A stretch of DNA of 63,621 nt, the filler included. It is 6 parts of 6 records of this genome, joined end to end, with 100 filler letters (N's around TTAATTAATTAA, not from the genome) between each part and the next. Parts side by side here need not be neighbours in the genome. Positions count along the whole stretch, not along the records: positions 1 to 11,376 come from SRR31156797_8940; positions 11,477 to 23,112 come from SRR31156797_8945; 4 more parts are not named here. One strand, given 5' to 3'. The translations under genes and the position numbers were made by a program. The notes below the pieces were generated by a model. It was not told the origin of the DNA, ran no database searches, and saw only the letters and a list, made by a program, of their open reading frames with translations. Each line of letters opens with the position of its first letter. Positions within the stretch are counted from its first letter, which is position 1. Below, piece by piece: positions 8,590 to 17,637 of this stretch.

Positions 8590-10509
8590 CTATCGATATA
8601 TTAGATTGGGTAAAAACAGGGAAAAGCTTTCTACATAAGTGATCAACAGCAGTACCGCCACCAGGGGGATGAAAAACGGAGCGGTTCCCGCCAGGCACCG
8701 TTCAAATTTTATTCCCGACACACGGCTGAGTACATAGAGCACCGTTCCCACCGGAGGGGTTAGCAGGCCGATCATCAGGTTCAATACCATGATCACTCCC
8801 AGGTGAATCACATCCAGGCCCACCAGCTTGGCCAGCGGCATCAATACAGGCACCATGATGGTGATGGCGGCGATAGGCTCCAGAAAACAGCCCACTACCA
8901 GAAGGATCAGGTTGATGGTCAACAGTATCATGAATTTGGAAGTAAAATTGGTCATCACGAATTCGGCGAACAGGTTGGCCACCTGGTTACTGGTGAGAAT
9001 CCAGGCAAAGACGGCCGCGGCGCCGATGATCATCATGATAGTGGCGCTGGTGTCAATTGTTTCCATGCTGATGCTTACAAATCGTTTAATAGTCAGGGTT
9101 CGGTAAAACAGCCCCAGCAGGATGCCGTAAACCACGGCGCCGATGGCTGCTTCCGTTGGGGTGAAGATGCCGGTGAGAATTCCGCCGACGATAATGGCCG
9201 GCGTCATAAGGCTTAAAAAAGAACGTTTGAAACTGGTTGCCAGAAAATTCAGACGAAAACGGTCTTCTCTGGGATAATTCCTCTTGTGGGCCATGTAAGC
9301 CACCATGCCCATGAGGGACAAACCCATGAGCATGCCCGGAATAAATCCGGCTGCAAAGAGCTGACCCACCGAACAGGAGGCCATAACCCCGAAGGCGACC
9401 ATGGGCAGACTGGGCGGGATGATGGGGCCGATAGTGGAAGACCCGGCCGTAATGCCCACGGAGAATTCAGGATCGTACCCGGCGTCTTTCATGGCCTTGA
9501 TCTCTATCGTCCCCAGTCCGCCGGCATCGGCCACGGCCGCCCCGCTCATGCCGGCAAAGATGATGGATGCGCCCACATTGACATGGCCTAATCCGCCCGG
9601 GAGCCAGCCCACTATGGATTTGGCAAAATCAAAAAGCCGGTCCGTGATTCCCACGGAATTCATCAATGTGCCGGCCAATATGAAAAACGGGATGGCCAGC
9701 AAAGGAAAACTGTCCATCCCGTTAATCAACCGGTGTGCAATGACTACATCCGGCGCCATGCCCGAAACGAGCACATAAATATAAGCGGATCCGGCCAGGC
9801 AGAAAGCCACGGGCAGGCCGATGATAATAATTGTAAAAGCCAGGGCGAACATGAAATACAGGTTGTTGCCGCACAGGAGGGCCCAGATGGCCAAAAGGCT
9901 TAGACCGAGTATCACCAGGGGGGCGATCCAGTCGGTGAAAGAAGCTTTATAGGCAGGGTTGGCAGCCGGGGGCGCGGTGAGGTTAAGGCTGCTGCCGCCG
10001 TTCTTCCAATTTAATACGGCCACATGAATTGACCGAATCAGGTTGACCGCAATCATACCGGTGAAGATATAATAAAGGACCTTTTTGGGGACATCCACGG
10101 AGACCAGGGCGCCGAAGGTCTTGCCGGCCAATTTATGGGATACGATCATGAGAACGATGAAAAATGCAATCCTGAGCAGGTCCACCACATGTGAAAAGAT
10201 GACGCCGCCCCTGGGGCTGAGATAACGGTAAAAAAACTCCACGGAAATATGGGAATTCTTTCGGATAGCCAGGGTGGATCCCATGAGAGAACAGGCCACC
10301 AGCAGCATCCGGGCGATCTCCTCCGTCCATCCCATTGAATTGTTCAAAAAATAGCGGGTAAAAAACTGCAGGAACACCACAAGTCCCAGGGACCAGAATA
10401 GAGCCAGGGACAGATAATCTTCCAGCGCTTCCGGCCGGCTTAGTGGTTGCTCTTCCGCATCCGGCCTGGAAGTTTTGCCGGAACCTGTTTCTTTTAAGCC
10501 CATGTTCAT
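8590..10509 (-). CDS. TRAP transporter fused small+large permease (DctQ-DctM)
   Basis: N-terminal DctQ (FFTRYFLN..WTEEIAR..HISV), then DctM (SFPLLAIPFFILAG, GPIIPPS, TPTEAA, GLLTPPVG). Confidence 0.9.
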   Translation of the reverse strand: MNMGLKETGSGKTSRPDAEEQPLSRPEALEDYLSLALFWSLGLVVFLQFFTRYFLNNSMGWTEEIARMLLVACSLMGSTLAIRKNSHISVEFFYRYLSPRGGVIFSHVVDLLRIAFFIVLMIVSHKLAGKTFGALVSVDVPKKVLYYIFTGMIAVNLIRSIHVAVLNWKNGGSSLNLTAPPAANPAYKASFTDWIAPLVILGLSLLAIWALLCGNNLYFMFALAFTIIIIGLPVAFCLAGSAYIYVLVSGMAPDVVIAHRLINGMDSFPLLAIPFFILAGTLMNSVGITDRLFDFAKSIVGWLPGGLGHVNVGASIIFAGMSGAAVADAGGLGTIEIKAMKDAGYDPEFSVGITAGSSTIGPIIPPSLPMVAFGVMASCSVGQLFAAGFIPGMLMGLSLMGMVAYMAHKRNYPREDRFRLNFLATSFKRSFLSLMTPAIIVGGILTGIFTPTEAAIGAVVYGILLGLFYRTLTIKRFVSISMETIDTSATIMMIIGAAAVFAWILTSNQVANLFAEFVMTNFTSKFMILLTINLILLVVGCFLEPIAAITIMVPVLMPLAKLVGLDVIHLGVIMVLNLMIGLLTPPVGTVLYVLSRVSGIKFERCLAGTAPFFIPLVAVLLLITYVESFSLFLPNLIYR

Positions 10510-10574
10510 CCTCCTGCAGTCAAAATTGACCCGGGAAGGAAGCCAATGTCCCTCCCGGTATATCTGTAATGTGG

Positions 10575-11376
10575 TTATTTAATTGCCTGGAGACGGTTCC
10601 AGAGTGCTTCATCCCAGGGCATTTCCTTCTGGTTCTTCTTGTAAAACTCAGCTACTTTTTTACCCATGGCCTCTTTATCAACATCTTTTATGACAATGTT
10701 GCCTTGCTGTTCAAACCAGGCAACCAGCTCGGCCTCGGCACTTTCAATACTCTTGCTGATTTTGTCGCTCATTTCCAGCATGACCTGGGTGAAAATCTTC
10801 TGTTCTTCCTTGGAAAGACTGTTCCAGAGATGTCCGCCGGTAATGGTCACCAGGTTATCCTGCATGTGCTGGGTCAGGCATATATATTTCTGGACTTCAT
10901 AGAACTTCTTGAACTTGATAATGGTCAGGGGGTTTTCCTGTGCATCCACCACGCCCTGCTGCAGGGCCAGGTAGACTTCGGCAAAAGCAATGGGTGTCGG
11001 ATTGGCGTCTACCGCTTTTGGGAATATGCCGTAGGACGGGGCGTTGGGAATACGGATTTTCAGGTTTTTCATATCTTCGGGGGTCCGAACGGCCAGATCC
11101 GTGGTGGTCACGTTTCTGGAGCCATAATAGGAAGTGCAGAAAACATGGCTTCCCGTAATCTTTTCGTATTCATCCGCAAATTCCCGGAACAGGCTGCTCT
11201 TGGCGAATTTATAGAAATGATCCAGGTTCCTGAACACATACGGGTACGAGGAAATTGCCAGAGGGGCATAGGTCCTGCCGGTAAAAGCGGCCGATGTATG
11301 AACTATATCCACGGTCCCCAGGGTCAGGCCTTCATTGATATCCACTTCCTTCCCCAAGGAAGATGCCGGAAAGACC
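10575..11376 (-). CDS. dctP: TRAP substrate-binding protein DctP (5'-partial, cut by contig end)
   Basis: frame open to the contig edge (VFPASSLGKE); LKIRIPNA, EVYLALQQGVVDAQENP, KFYEVQKY. Confidence 0.9.
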
Positions 11377-11476
11377 NNNNNNNNNNNNNNNNNNNNNNNN
11401 NNNNNNNNNNNNNNNNNNNNTTAATTAATTAANNNNNNNNNNNNNNNNNNNNNNNNNNNNNNNNNNNNNNNNNNNN
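11377..11476. other. artificial contig-joining spacer
   Basis: 44 N + TTAATTAATTAA (stop codons in all six frames) + 44 N. Confidence 0.98.
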
Positions 11477-11851
11477 CAGGCCATACCTGTAAATGGCAGC
11501 CATTTCTTCTTTCAGGTTTCCGAACAGATAGGGCGCGCTTTCCAGCTCTCCCACAGGGACTGAGCCCATCTGGTAATCAGGATGCGTATGCCCCATCTGA
11601 AGCGTACCGGCCGCGACGGCGTCGCAAAGCTTTTCCACATTCACAAGTTCGCCGTCCGCAAAAACCTTAATATCGATTTCACCTTTGGTCATTTCTTTAA
11701 CGATTTTAGCATAGTGTTCAAAAAAGTGATTTTCAGCGGCACCCCATGAATGTTGCATTCTCCACTTTGTTCCGGCACTCGCTTGAAAGGAAAACGCTGT
11801 TACCATAAAAATTGCAAATGCCAATTTGACCAACCATTTTCTGGATTTCAT
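11477..11851 (-). CDS. TRAP substrate-binding protein, TakP-like (3'-partial)
   Basis: signal peptide, KWRMQHSW, MTKGEIDIKVFADGELV, DAVAAGTLQMGH; runs into the spacer; ATG at 11851, alternative TTG at 11860. Confidence 0.8.
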
Positions 11852-12047
11852 TTTTCCCAATCTCCTTTTTTAATGTGAACTGATCTATGTTTACGATAGT
11901 CTTGCCGCTTTCAGGCCGTCTCAACGTGACGGCCCGGTAAAGCCGACCCCTTAATATCTCATCGTCAGACTCATAAACGCCGGTATATAATTTTTATCTC
12001 CTTTTTCTCAGATTTGTCCATATTATACCCGTCTATGCAAGAATAAA

Positions 12048-12593
12048 TTACCCCATATAATTTACCGTACGCGGCACCCTGACGGCATCCTTGAGAATGA
12101 CAGAGGCAAGGTTGCGTCTTTTCTGGTCCGGCCTGCCATCGGCCTGGCGCTGTTTCATCTGCTGCCCCCGAAGCTTTTTGGAAACCTTATCTGCCTCTTT
12201 GAAAACCAGTGCACCGAAATTGCACTCACTGACACAAGCCGGGCTGCCGCCGCACAGATCGCATTTATACGGAATACCAGACGCATATTGCTCTATCATT
12301 CCGTACTGGCAGGCGGAGACACACTCTCCGCAGCCGGTGCATTTATTTACGTTCACGGCAATGACACCCCGGTCATTTTTAATGATGGCTTCTTCCGGGC
12401 AGGCCTTCATACAGTCTGCATTGGGGCACTGAAAACAGACACTGGGCACGGAGTACCCTTCATGGGGAAAGTTGTTGATTTTTATCCTGGCCTTTGAGGG
12501 AATGAACATCCCTTCCTTCACGGCGGAACAGGCATAGGAACATCTGTTGCAGCCGGTGCACCGGTTCGGGATAACCAAAAGTAACTTTTCCAT
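12048..12593 (-). CDS. 4x[4Fe-4S] electron-transfer subunit (AorA/DmsB/CooF-like)
   Basis: CTGCNRCSYAC, CFQCPNADCMKACP, CTGCGECVSACQ, KCDLCGGSPACVSEC. Confidence 0.9.
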   Translation of the reverse strand: MEKLLLVIPNRCTGCNRCSYACSAVKEGMFIPSKARIKINNFPHEGYSVPSVCFQCPNADCMKACPEEAIIKNDRGVIAVNVNKCTGCGECVSACQYGMIEQYASGIPYKCDLCGGSPACVSECNFGALVFKEADKVSKKLRGQQMKQRQADGRPDQKRRNLASVILKDAVRVPRTVNYMG

Positions 12594-12636
12594 TTATATT
12601 CTCCTTATCATCGGTATAATTTATTAACGGCCTGTG

Positions 12637-15600
12637 TTAGGCATCCAGAAGATCCAGTTCCGATAATTTTTCCTCACCGGGTATTCCGTTTTCATCCCAG
12701 CCCCTGATCCGGTATAAAAGTGTCTTCATCTGTTCAAGGGCATCCACATCAAACTTGCGGCCTTCGTGGGGCCCGTTTTCAAGTGCCTTTGTCAATATTT
12801 TTTGTGAAATGGTATCGTCGGAACCGGTAATACCCGCCTTTATATTGAATAGCTTGTTCAGGTTCCAGATCCGTTCCCCGGCCTTGTTCAGGTCCATGGC
12901 AGAGATCTTTTTACCCAGCCCCTTTGTAAGGAAATCCGCCATGATTTCTGTGTCAACGGTTCCCCAGAAATCACAGAGCCCCATGGAAAATTTGACCGCA
13001 TTCAAATTCTGGTTGTTCATCACGGCCCGGCTCATTTCTTTTACTTTAAAAGGTTCTTCTTCAAACAGGGTAAAGGACCGCAGGTGACACGCCCCTCTTT
13101 CGCTGGTGGCATATCCCAGGGCCATTCCGTAGTTTCCGCGGGGATCATAGGCCGGCATTTCAAGGTTTTTGGAATGGGCTGCCTTTTCCTCGGCATCGTG
13201 TTTGGCCGCCAACTTTTGGGCGCCCAATGCCAGGTCCTTCCCCCTTGGGGTGGACCGGGTGGCGATTTCTTCGATCAGGGAAAGAAATTCCTTGGTATCG
13301 CCGAATCTGATGCCGTAATCGTGGAGTTCGGACTCGGTGATATCCATTGCAAGTCCGATGATATTACCGGTGGACATGGTATCAAGGCCGAAATCGTCAC
13401 AGAGCCGGTTAAACTTCATTACCGTCTCAAGATCATCTATCTCGCAGTTTGATCCGCCCAGGCACAGGGTCTCGTATTCAGGCCCTTCCACACTGGTGCC
13501 GTTAATGGAGGTGAACTTGCCGCAGCCCATGGGGCATGAGGCGCAGGAACGGTCACCGATTTTCACATCATCAACCGCATCTGAGTTCAGGTTCTGGCGG
13601 CCGGAACTGACGCCTTTGGTGAAGTTCCGTGTGGGATGGATACCCATCTCATTGGTCACATCAACCAGAAGGGGAGTGCCATGGGTTTTTGCCCACATGT
13701 TATCGTCGGTCAGCAGGTTGCCATAAGTATGTTCGGCCACTTTTTCATAGAAAGAACCGATCTCATTGACCTGAACACCACCGGTTCCCCTGCAGACAAC
13801 CGCCTTTAAATTTTTAGATCCGAACAGGGCCCCGGCGCCGCCCCGCCCCATCTGGCGGTAAGATTCGGAACCGATGCAGGCGAAATCGATCAAATTTTCT
13901 CCGGCAGGTCCGATGGCAAGCGTCTTGGCCTCTGCATGGATTTCATTTTTCAGCCATTCCTCGGTTTCAAAAATGCCTTTTCCGGCCAGGACACCGGCAT
14001 CTTCCAGGGTAACGCTGTTGTTTTCAATCCTGAGATACACCGGACTCTTTGCTTTTCCGGTAATAAGGATCCCGTCATATCCGGCAAATTTCAATTCAGG
14101 CCCGAAAGATCCGCCGATGTTCGACTCAAATATGGTATTGGTTTTGGGTGATTTGGACACCAAACAGGTTCGAGATGATGTGGGCACCAGGGTGCCGCAT
14201 ACCGGGCCTGTCATGATGACAACGGCATTGTCTTCGGATAAGGGGTCGACTTTCGGGTCCACGGTATCGTACAGGTACTTGGTGGCAAGACCCCAGCCGC
14301 CGATATACTTTTCCCTCAGATCTTTGGGGATTGTCTTTGCCTGGATATCGTTTTTGCTCAGATCCACATGGAGCATCTGACCGGTATACAGATATTCGTC
14401 GGGCTTTCCTTTGGGAAGTTCAATGGATTTAAACACATCTTCAATCCGGTTCAGGGATTCGTCAAGAATTTCCCAGGGCACGTTCAGGGCCGGCTCAAAA
14501 CGGATATTTTTTGCATTTGTCAGGGTTCCGGCTGTGATCACCCCCCGTGAAAAAAGGCCGGAGGCCACTTTATAGCCGATGCCGTCCGTATGGAATTCCA
14601 TGCCCAGAAGAAGCCCTAAGCCCCGTTTCTTAGCCAGGATACCGGGATACCGCTCCTGGAGATCTCCCAGTTTTTCCAGGACATACTCACCCTTTTTCTT
14701 TGCCTGGCCAGCCAAATCCTCCTCAAGGAGAACCGAGATGGCGGCAAGGGCGGATGCACATGCCAGCGGGTTGCCGCCGGTGGTGGTGGTATGCATGAAG
14801 GGGTTGGGTTCCATGCACTGCCAGATTTCAGGGGTTGCCATGAATGCTGACATGGGCACGACGCCGCCGCCAAGGGCCTTGCCGAAGCACATGATATCCG
14901 GTTTAACCTCCCAATGATCCACACCAAACAATTCTCCGGTTCTGCCGAACCCGGTCTGGACTTCATCGCAGATCATCAATACCCCGTAATGATCACACAG
15001 CTCCCTTACGCCGGGAAGATAGTCGTCCGGCGGCACAATGGCACCGGCTTCCCCCTGGATGGGCTCAAGTACGATGGCGGCGATGTCATCGCCAACGGCT
15101 CTGGCCGAGGTCAGCTCCTGTTCCATGGCTTTTAAATCTCCGAAGGGCGCCTGGCGGATACCGTCGAGAAGGGGGAGGAGCGGTTTTCTGAAAACCTGTT
15201 TTCCCATGAGGGAAAGGGCGCCCAGGGATTTACCGTGAAAAGCCTTAAGCGTTGAAATAAACCCTTTCTTGCCGGTGTAAAGCTTGGCAAGCTTCATGGC
15301 CCCGTCCACGGCTTCCGTTCCGGAATTGGCAAAAAAACCGTACTGGATCTTACCCGGCGTCAACAGCGCCAGCACTTTTGCCAGCTGGGCCCGGAGGGGA
15401 TCCAGCATCTCCTGGCTGTACTGGGGAGACCGGTCCAGCTGGGATTTAACCGCGGCCACGATTTTAGGGTGACGGATACCGTAGGAGTAAAGCCCGAACC
15501 CGCCCAGCAGATCCAGAAACTGCCTGTCCAGGGCATCCACCAGAATAGATCCCTGGCCGGTCCATTCCGTTACGGCAAATCCGGTTGCCTCTGTGACGGA

Positions 15601-15801
15601 CTTTCTATAGTCAAGGAACCCCTTATTTATATGGTCTCGAAAATTGCGGACTGTTTTTTTAGATATGTCTTCTCTTGTTTTAAGAGAAATGTCTTCGGTC
15701 GGCATAGTGATGATATCAACGATATCATCAACTTCCTTTTTGGCTGATTTGATATCTCTTATTTTATAATCATCCGGATGATATTCTTCTGTATCGATCA
15801 T
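12637..15801 (-). CDS. putrescine aminotransferase (PatA/YgjG-like) fused to an aldehyde:ferredoxin oxidoreductase (AOR)
   Basis: aa 1-~460 PatA-like: FRDHINKGFLDYRKSVT, SGTEAV, FHGKSLG, DEVQTG, PLP lysine in PDIMCFGKALGGG, HTTTTGGNP; aa ~470-1054 AOR: YTGQMLHVDL, YIGGWG, IGPAGE, GRGGAGA, CASCPMGC, GPEYET, DDFGLD, ERGACH, GLCDF, RGWDENG. Confidence 0.9.
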   Translation of the reverse strand: MIDTEEYHPDDYKIRDIKSAKKEVDDIVDIITMPTEDISLKTREDISKKTVRNFRDHINKGFLDYRKSVTEATGFAVTEWTGQGSILVDALDRQFLDLLGGFGLYSYGIRHPKIVAAVKSQLDRSPQYSQEMLDPLRAQLAKVLALLTPGKIQYGFFANSGTEAVDGAMKLAKLYTGKKGFISTLKAFHGKSLGALSLMGKQVFRKPLLPLLDGIRQAPFGDLKAMEQELTSARAVGDDIAAIVLEPIQGEAGAIVPPDDYLPGVRELCDHYGVLMICDEVQTGFGRTGELFGVDHWEVKPDIMCFGKALGGGVVPMSAFMATPEIWQCMEPNPFMHTTTTGGNPLACASALAAISVLLEEDLAGQAKKKGEYVLEKLGDLQERYPGILAKKRGLGLLLGMEFHTDGIGYKVASGLFSRGVITAGTLTNAKNIRFEPALNVPWEILDESLNRIEDVFKSIELPKGKPDEYLYTGQMLHVDLSKNDIQAKTIPKDLREKYIGGWGLATKYLYDTVDPKVDPLSEDNAVVIMTGPVCGTLVPTSSRTCLVSKSPKTNTIFESNIGGSFGPELKFAGYDGILITGKAKSPVYLRIENNSVTLEDAGVLAGKGIFETEEWLKNEIHAEAKTLAIGPAGENLIDFACIGSESYRQMGRGGAGALFGSKNLKAVVCRGTGGVQVNEIGSFYEKVAEHTYGNLLTDDNMWAKTHGTPLLVDVTNEMGIHPTRNFTKGVSSGRQNLNSDAVDDVKIGDRSCASCPMGCGKFTSINGTSVEGPEYETLCLGGSNCEIDDLETVMKFNRLCDDFGLDTMSTGNIIGLAMDITESELHDYGIRFGDTKEFLSLIEEIATRSTPRGKDLALGAQKLAAKHDAEEKAAHSKNLEMPAYDPRGNYGMALGYATSERGACHLRSFTLFEEEPFKVKEMSRAVMNNQNLNAVKFSMGLCDFWGTVDTEIMADFLTKGLGKKISAMDLNKAGERIWNLNKLFNIKAGITGSDDTISQKILTKALENGPHEGRKFDVDALEQMKTLLYRIRGWDENGIPGEEKLSELDLLDA

Positions 15802-15835
15802 TTAGCTTAACCCTCCTTTGTGAATTGTCTTGAAA

Positions 15836-15876
15836 GGCAAAAATCAGACCGGCAAAAATCAAACCGGCAAAAACCG
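15836..15876. repeat. 15-bp tandem repeat, about 2.7 copies, intergenic
   Basis: GGCAAAAATCAGACC GGCAAAAATCAAACC GGCAAAAACCG. Confidence 0.8.
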
Positions 15877-15884
15877 TTTTTGCG

Positions 15885-17636
15885 TCAATCCCTTGGAATC
15901 CCCTCGGCATCCCATCCTCTGAGTTTATAGTAATCAGACACAAGCCTGTTCAGCTCGTCCCTGGTTATTCCCTTGTCGCCGGGCAGGGCCTGGTCAAAAA
16001 ACCGCGGCGGAAGGGTATCATCCTTCCTCGTCAGCCCTTCTCTCAGGTTATACCGCCGGGTATCGTCCTTGATCCGGTTGGAGATTCTTTCAAGATCTCC
16101 TCGTTGATACTGAACGCCGGTGGCAAGGAAGAGGCTTTTTGCCAACTCTTCCCAGGTATAAATGTCCCTGAAAAAACGGCAGAGGATCAGGGAATCAAAC
16201 AGGGTGCACCGGTTTTCAAAATCAATGAACAGTTCTGCTTTTCCCTCTATGGCATCAGGTGAAATCATCCCGGCCAGCTCCGGCTTGTAAAAGGTGGCGC
16301 GAAGGTGGCAGGCCCCGCGCTCACAAACGGCATAGGCAAGCCCCATTCCCTTTAACACCCTGGGATCGTACCCTGCCGGCTCCATGCCCTTGACATGGAC
16401 GGCCTCTTTTTCCATATTCAATTTCCGGGCGGCGTCTTTAATTCCTGAGGCCAGAATATCCCCCAGCCCCTGGCGGCGGGAGATGTCCTGGATAAGTGCG
16501 GCCGCGGCATCTGGGGAACCATAATCTATTTCAGACCTGATCCTGCCCTTCCGGGAGGCCTCCATGGCCAGCGCCACAAGATTTCCCGATGAGATCGTAT
16601 CAACACCGAGGCGGTCGCACAGTTCATTTAAATAGACGATCTCCTCAATGTCGTCTATCAGGCACAATCCGCCGAAGGCATACAGGGTCTCATACTCCGG
16701 TCCTTCAAGTGTGAGCCCTTTATGGCGTCCCCGGCCCACCCGTACGTTTTTGCCGCAGCCTAAAAAGCAGTCCATGCAGGCATGGGGCTGGGGATTGATC
16801 CGTTGGGCAATGGCCGGTGCATTAATTTTATCCTTTGTGGCCAGTTCCCCTTTGTTCCAGTATTCTGTCGGAAAGGCCCCGGCCTTGTTCATGATATCCA
16901 CCATCATGGGCGTACCCATTGTGCGGTAGGCATGAACCACCGGATCATCCTTCAGGCGGCGGAACATCTCTTTTTTATACTGCTTGATACCGGAAGGATC
17001 ATGAAATTGCCTTTTCCTGTCCCCGTGGCACACAATCCCTTTTATCTTTTTGGACCCCAGGACCGCTCCCATTCCCGTGCGGCCCGCCACCCGGTGTTTG
17101 TCGTTTTTGATAACCGCAAAGGCAACCAGGTTCTCTCCTGCAGGTCCGATGACCATGATCCCGGGCCGTTTTGCCTCAACCTTGTTTTTTAAAAGGGTCT
17201 CCGTTTCAAATGTATCTTTCCCCCACAGGTCCCGGGCATCATGAAAGACAACCGTTTCAGGCGTAATTTCCAGCCACAGGGGGGTGTCTGACGCCTCCCG
17301 TATGGTGATGATGTCAACACCTGTCCGGCTTAAGGGGGTGGCAAAACTTCCCCCGGAGTATGACTCGCCGTATCCGCCTGTCAAAGGGGATTTGGCAAAA
17401 ACACCGTACCGGCATGAGCCGAAAATCGAACTTCCCGAAAAAGGGCCTGCCGCGATCAGCAATTGATTATCAGGCCCCAGGGGATCAACACCTGAAGGGC
17501 AGTTTTCCAGCATTAAACGGGTGGCAAGACCTTTCCCCCCCAGGGTTTCGCGGACAAGGTCCCTGTCCAGATCCTCATAAAAGAAAGCCTTTTTACAAAC
17601 GTCGACGATCAGGTGCCTATAAAAAAAACCTTTCAT
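15885..17636 (-). CDS. aldehyde:ferredoxin oxidoreductase family protein (stand-alone AOR)
   Basis: LGGKGLA, KSPLTG, IGPAGE, AGRTGMGAVLGSK, CMDCFLGC, GPEYET, DRLGVD, ERGACH, RGWD; start MKGFFY at 17636, just after the gabT stop. Confidence 0.9.
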   Translation of the reverse strand: MKGFFYRHLIVDVCKKAFFYEDLDRDLVRETLGGKGLATRLMLENCPSGVDPLGPDNQLLIAAGPFSGSSIFGSCRYGVFAKSPLTGGYGESYSGGSFATPLSRTGVDIITIREASDTPLWLEITPETVVFHDARDLWGKDTFETETLLKNKVEAKRPGIMVIGPAGENLVAFAVIKNDKHRVAGRTGMGAVLGSKKIKGIVCHGDRKRQFHDPSGIKQYKKEMFRRLKDDPVVHAYRTMGTPMMVDIMNKAGAFPTEYWNKGELATKDKINAPAIAQRINPQPHACMDCFLGCGKNVRVGRGRHKGLTLEGPEYETLYAFGGLCLIDDIEEIVYLNELCDRLGVDTISSGNLVALAMEASRKGRIRSEIDYGSPDAAAALIQDISRRQGLGDILASGIKDAARKLNMEKEAVHVKGMEPAGYDPRVLKGMGLAYAVCERGACHLRATFYKPELAGMISPDAIEGKAELFIDFENRCTLFDSLILCRFFRDIYTWEELAKSLFLATGVQYQRGDLERISNRIKDDTRRYNLREGLTRKDDTLPPRFFDQALPGDKGITRDELNRLVSDYYKLRGWDAEGIPRD

Positions 17637-17637
17637 C

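Noticed and set aside
11421-11432. TTAATTAATTAA palindrome recurring five times in the window
   Set aside because: It is always centred in 44+44 N, so it is an artificial six-frame-stop linker and not a biological repeat or CRISPR
10575-11860. The two dctP fragments as halves of one gene spanning the gap
   Set aside because: Both fragments include the same N-terminal region (VFPASSLG versus VFADGELV) and belong to different subfamilies; they are separate contigs
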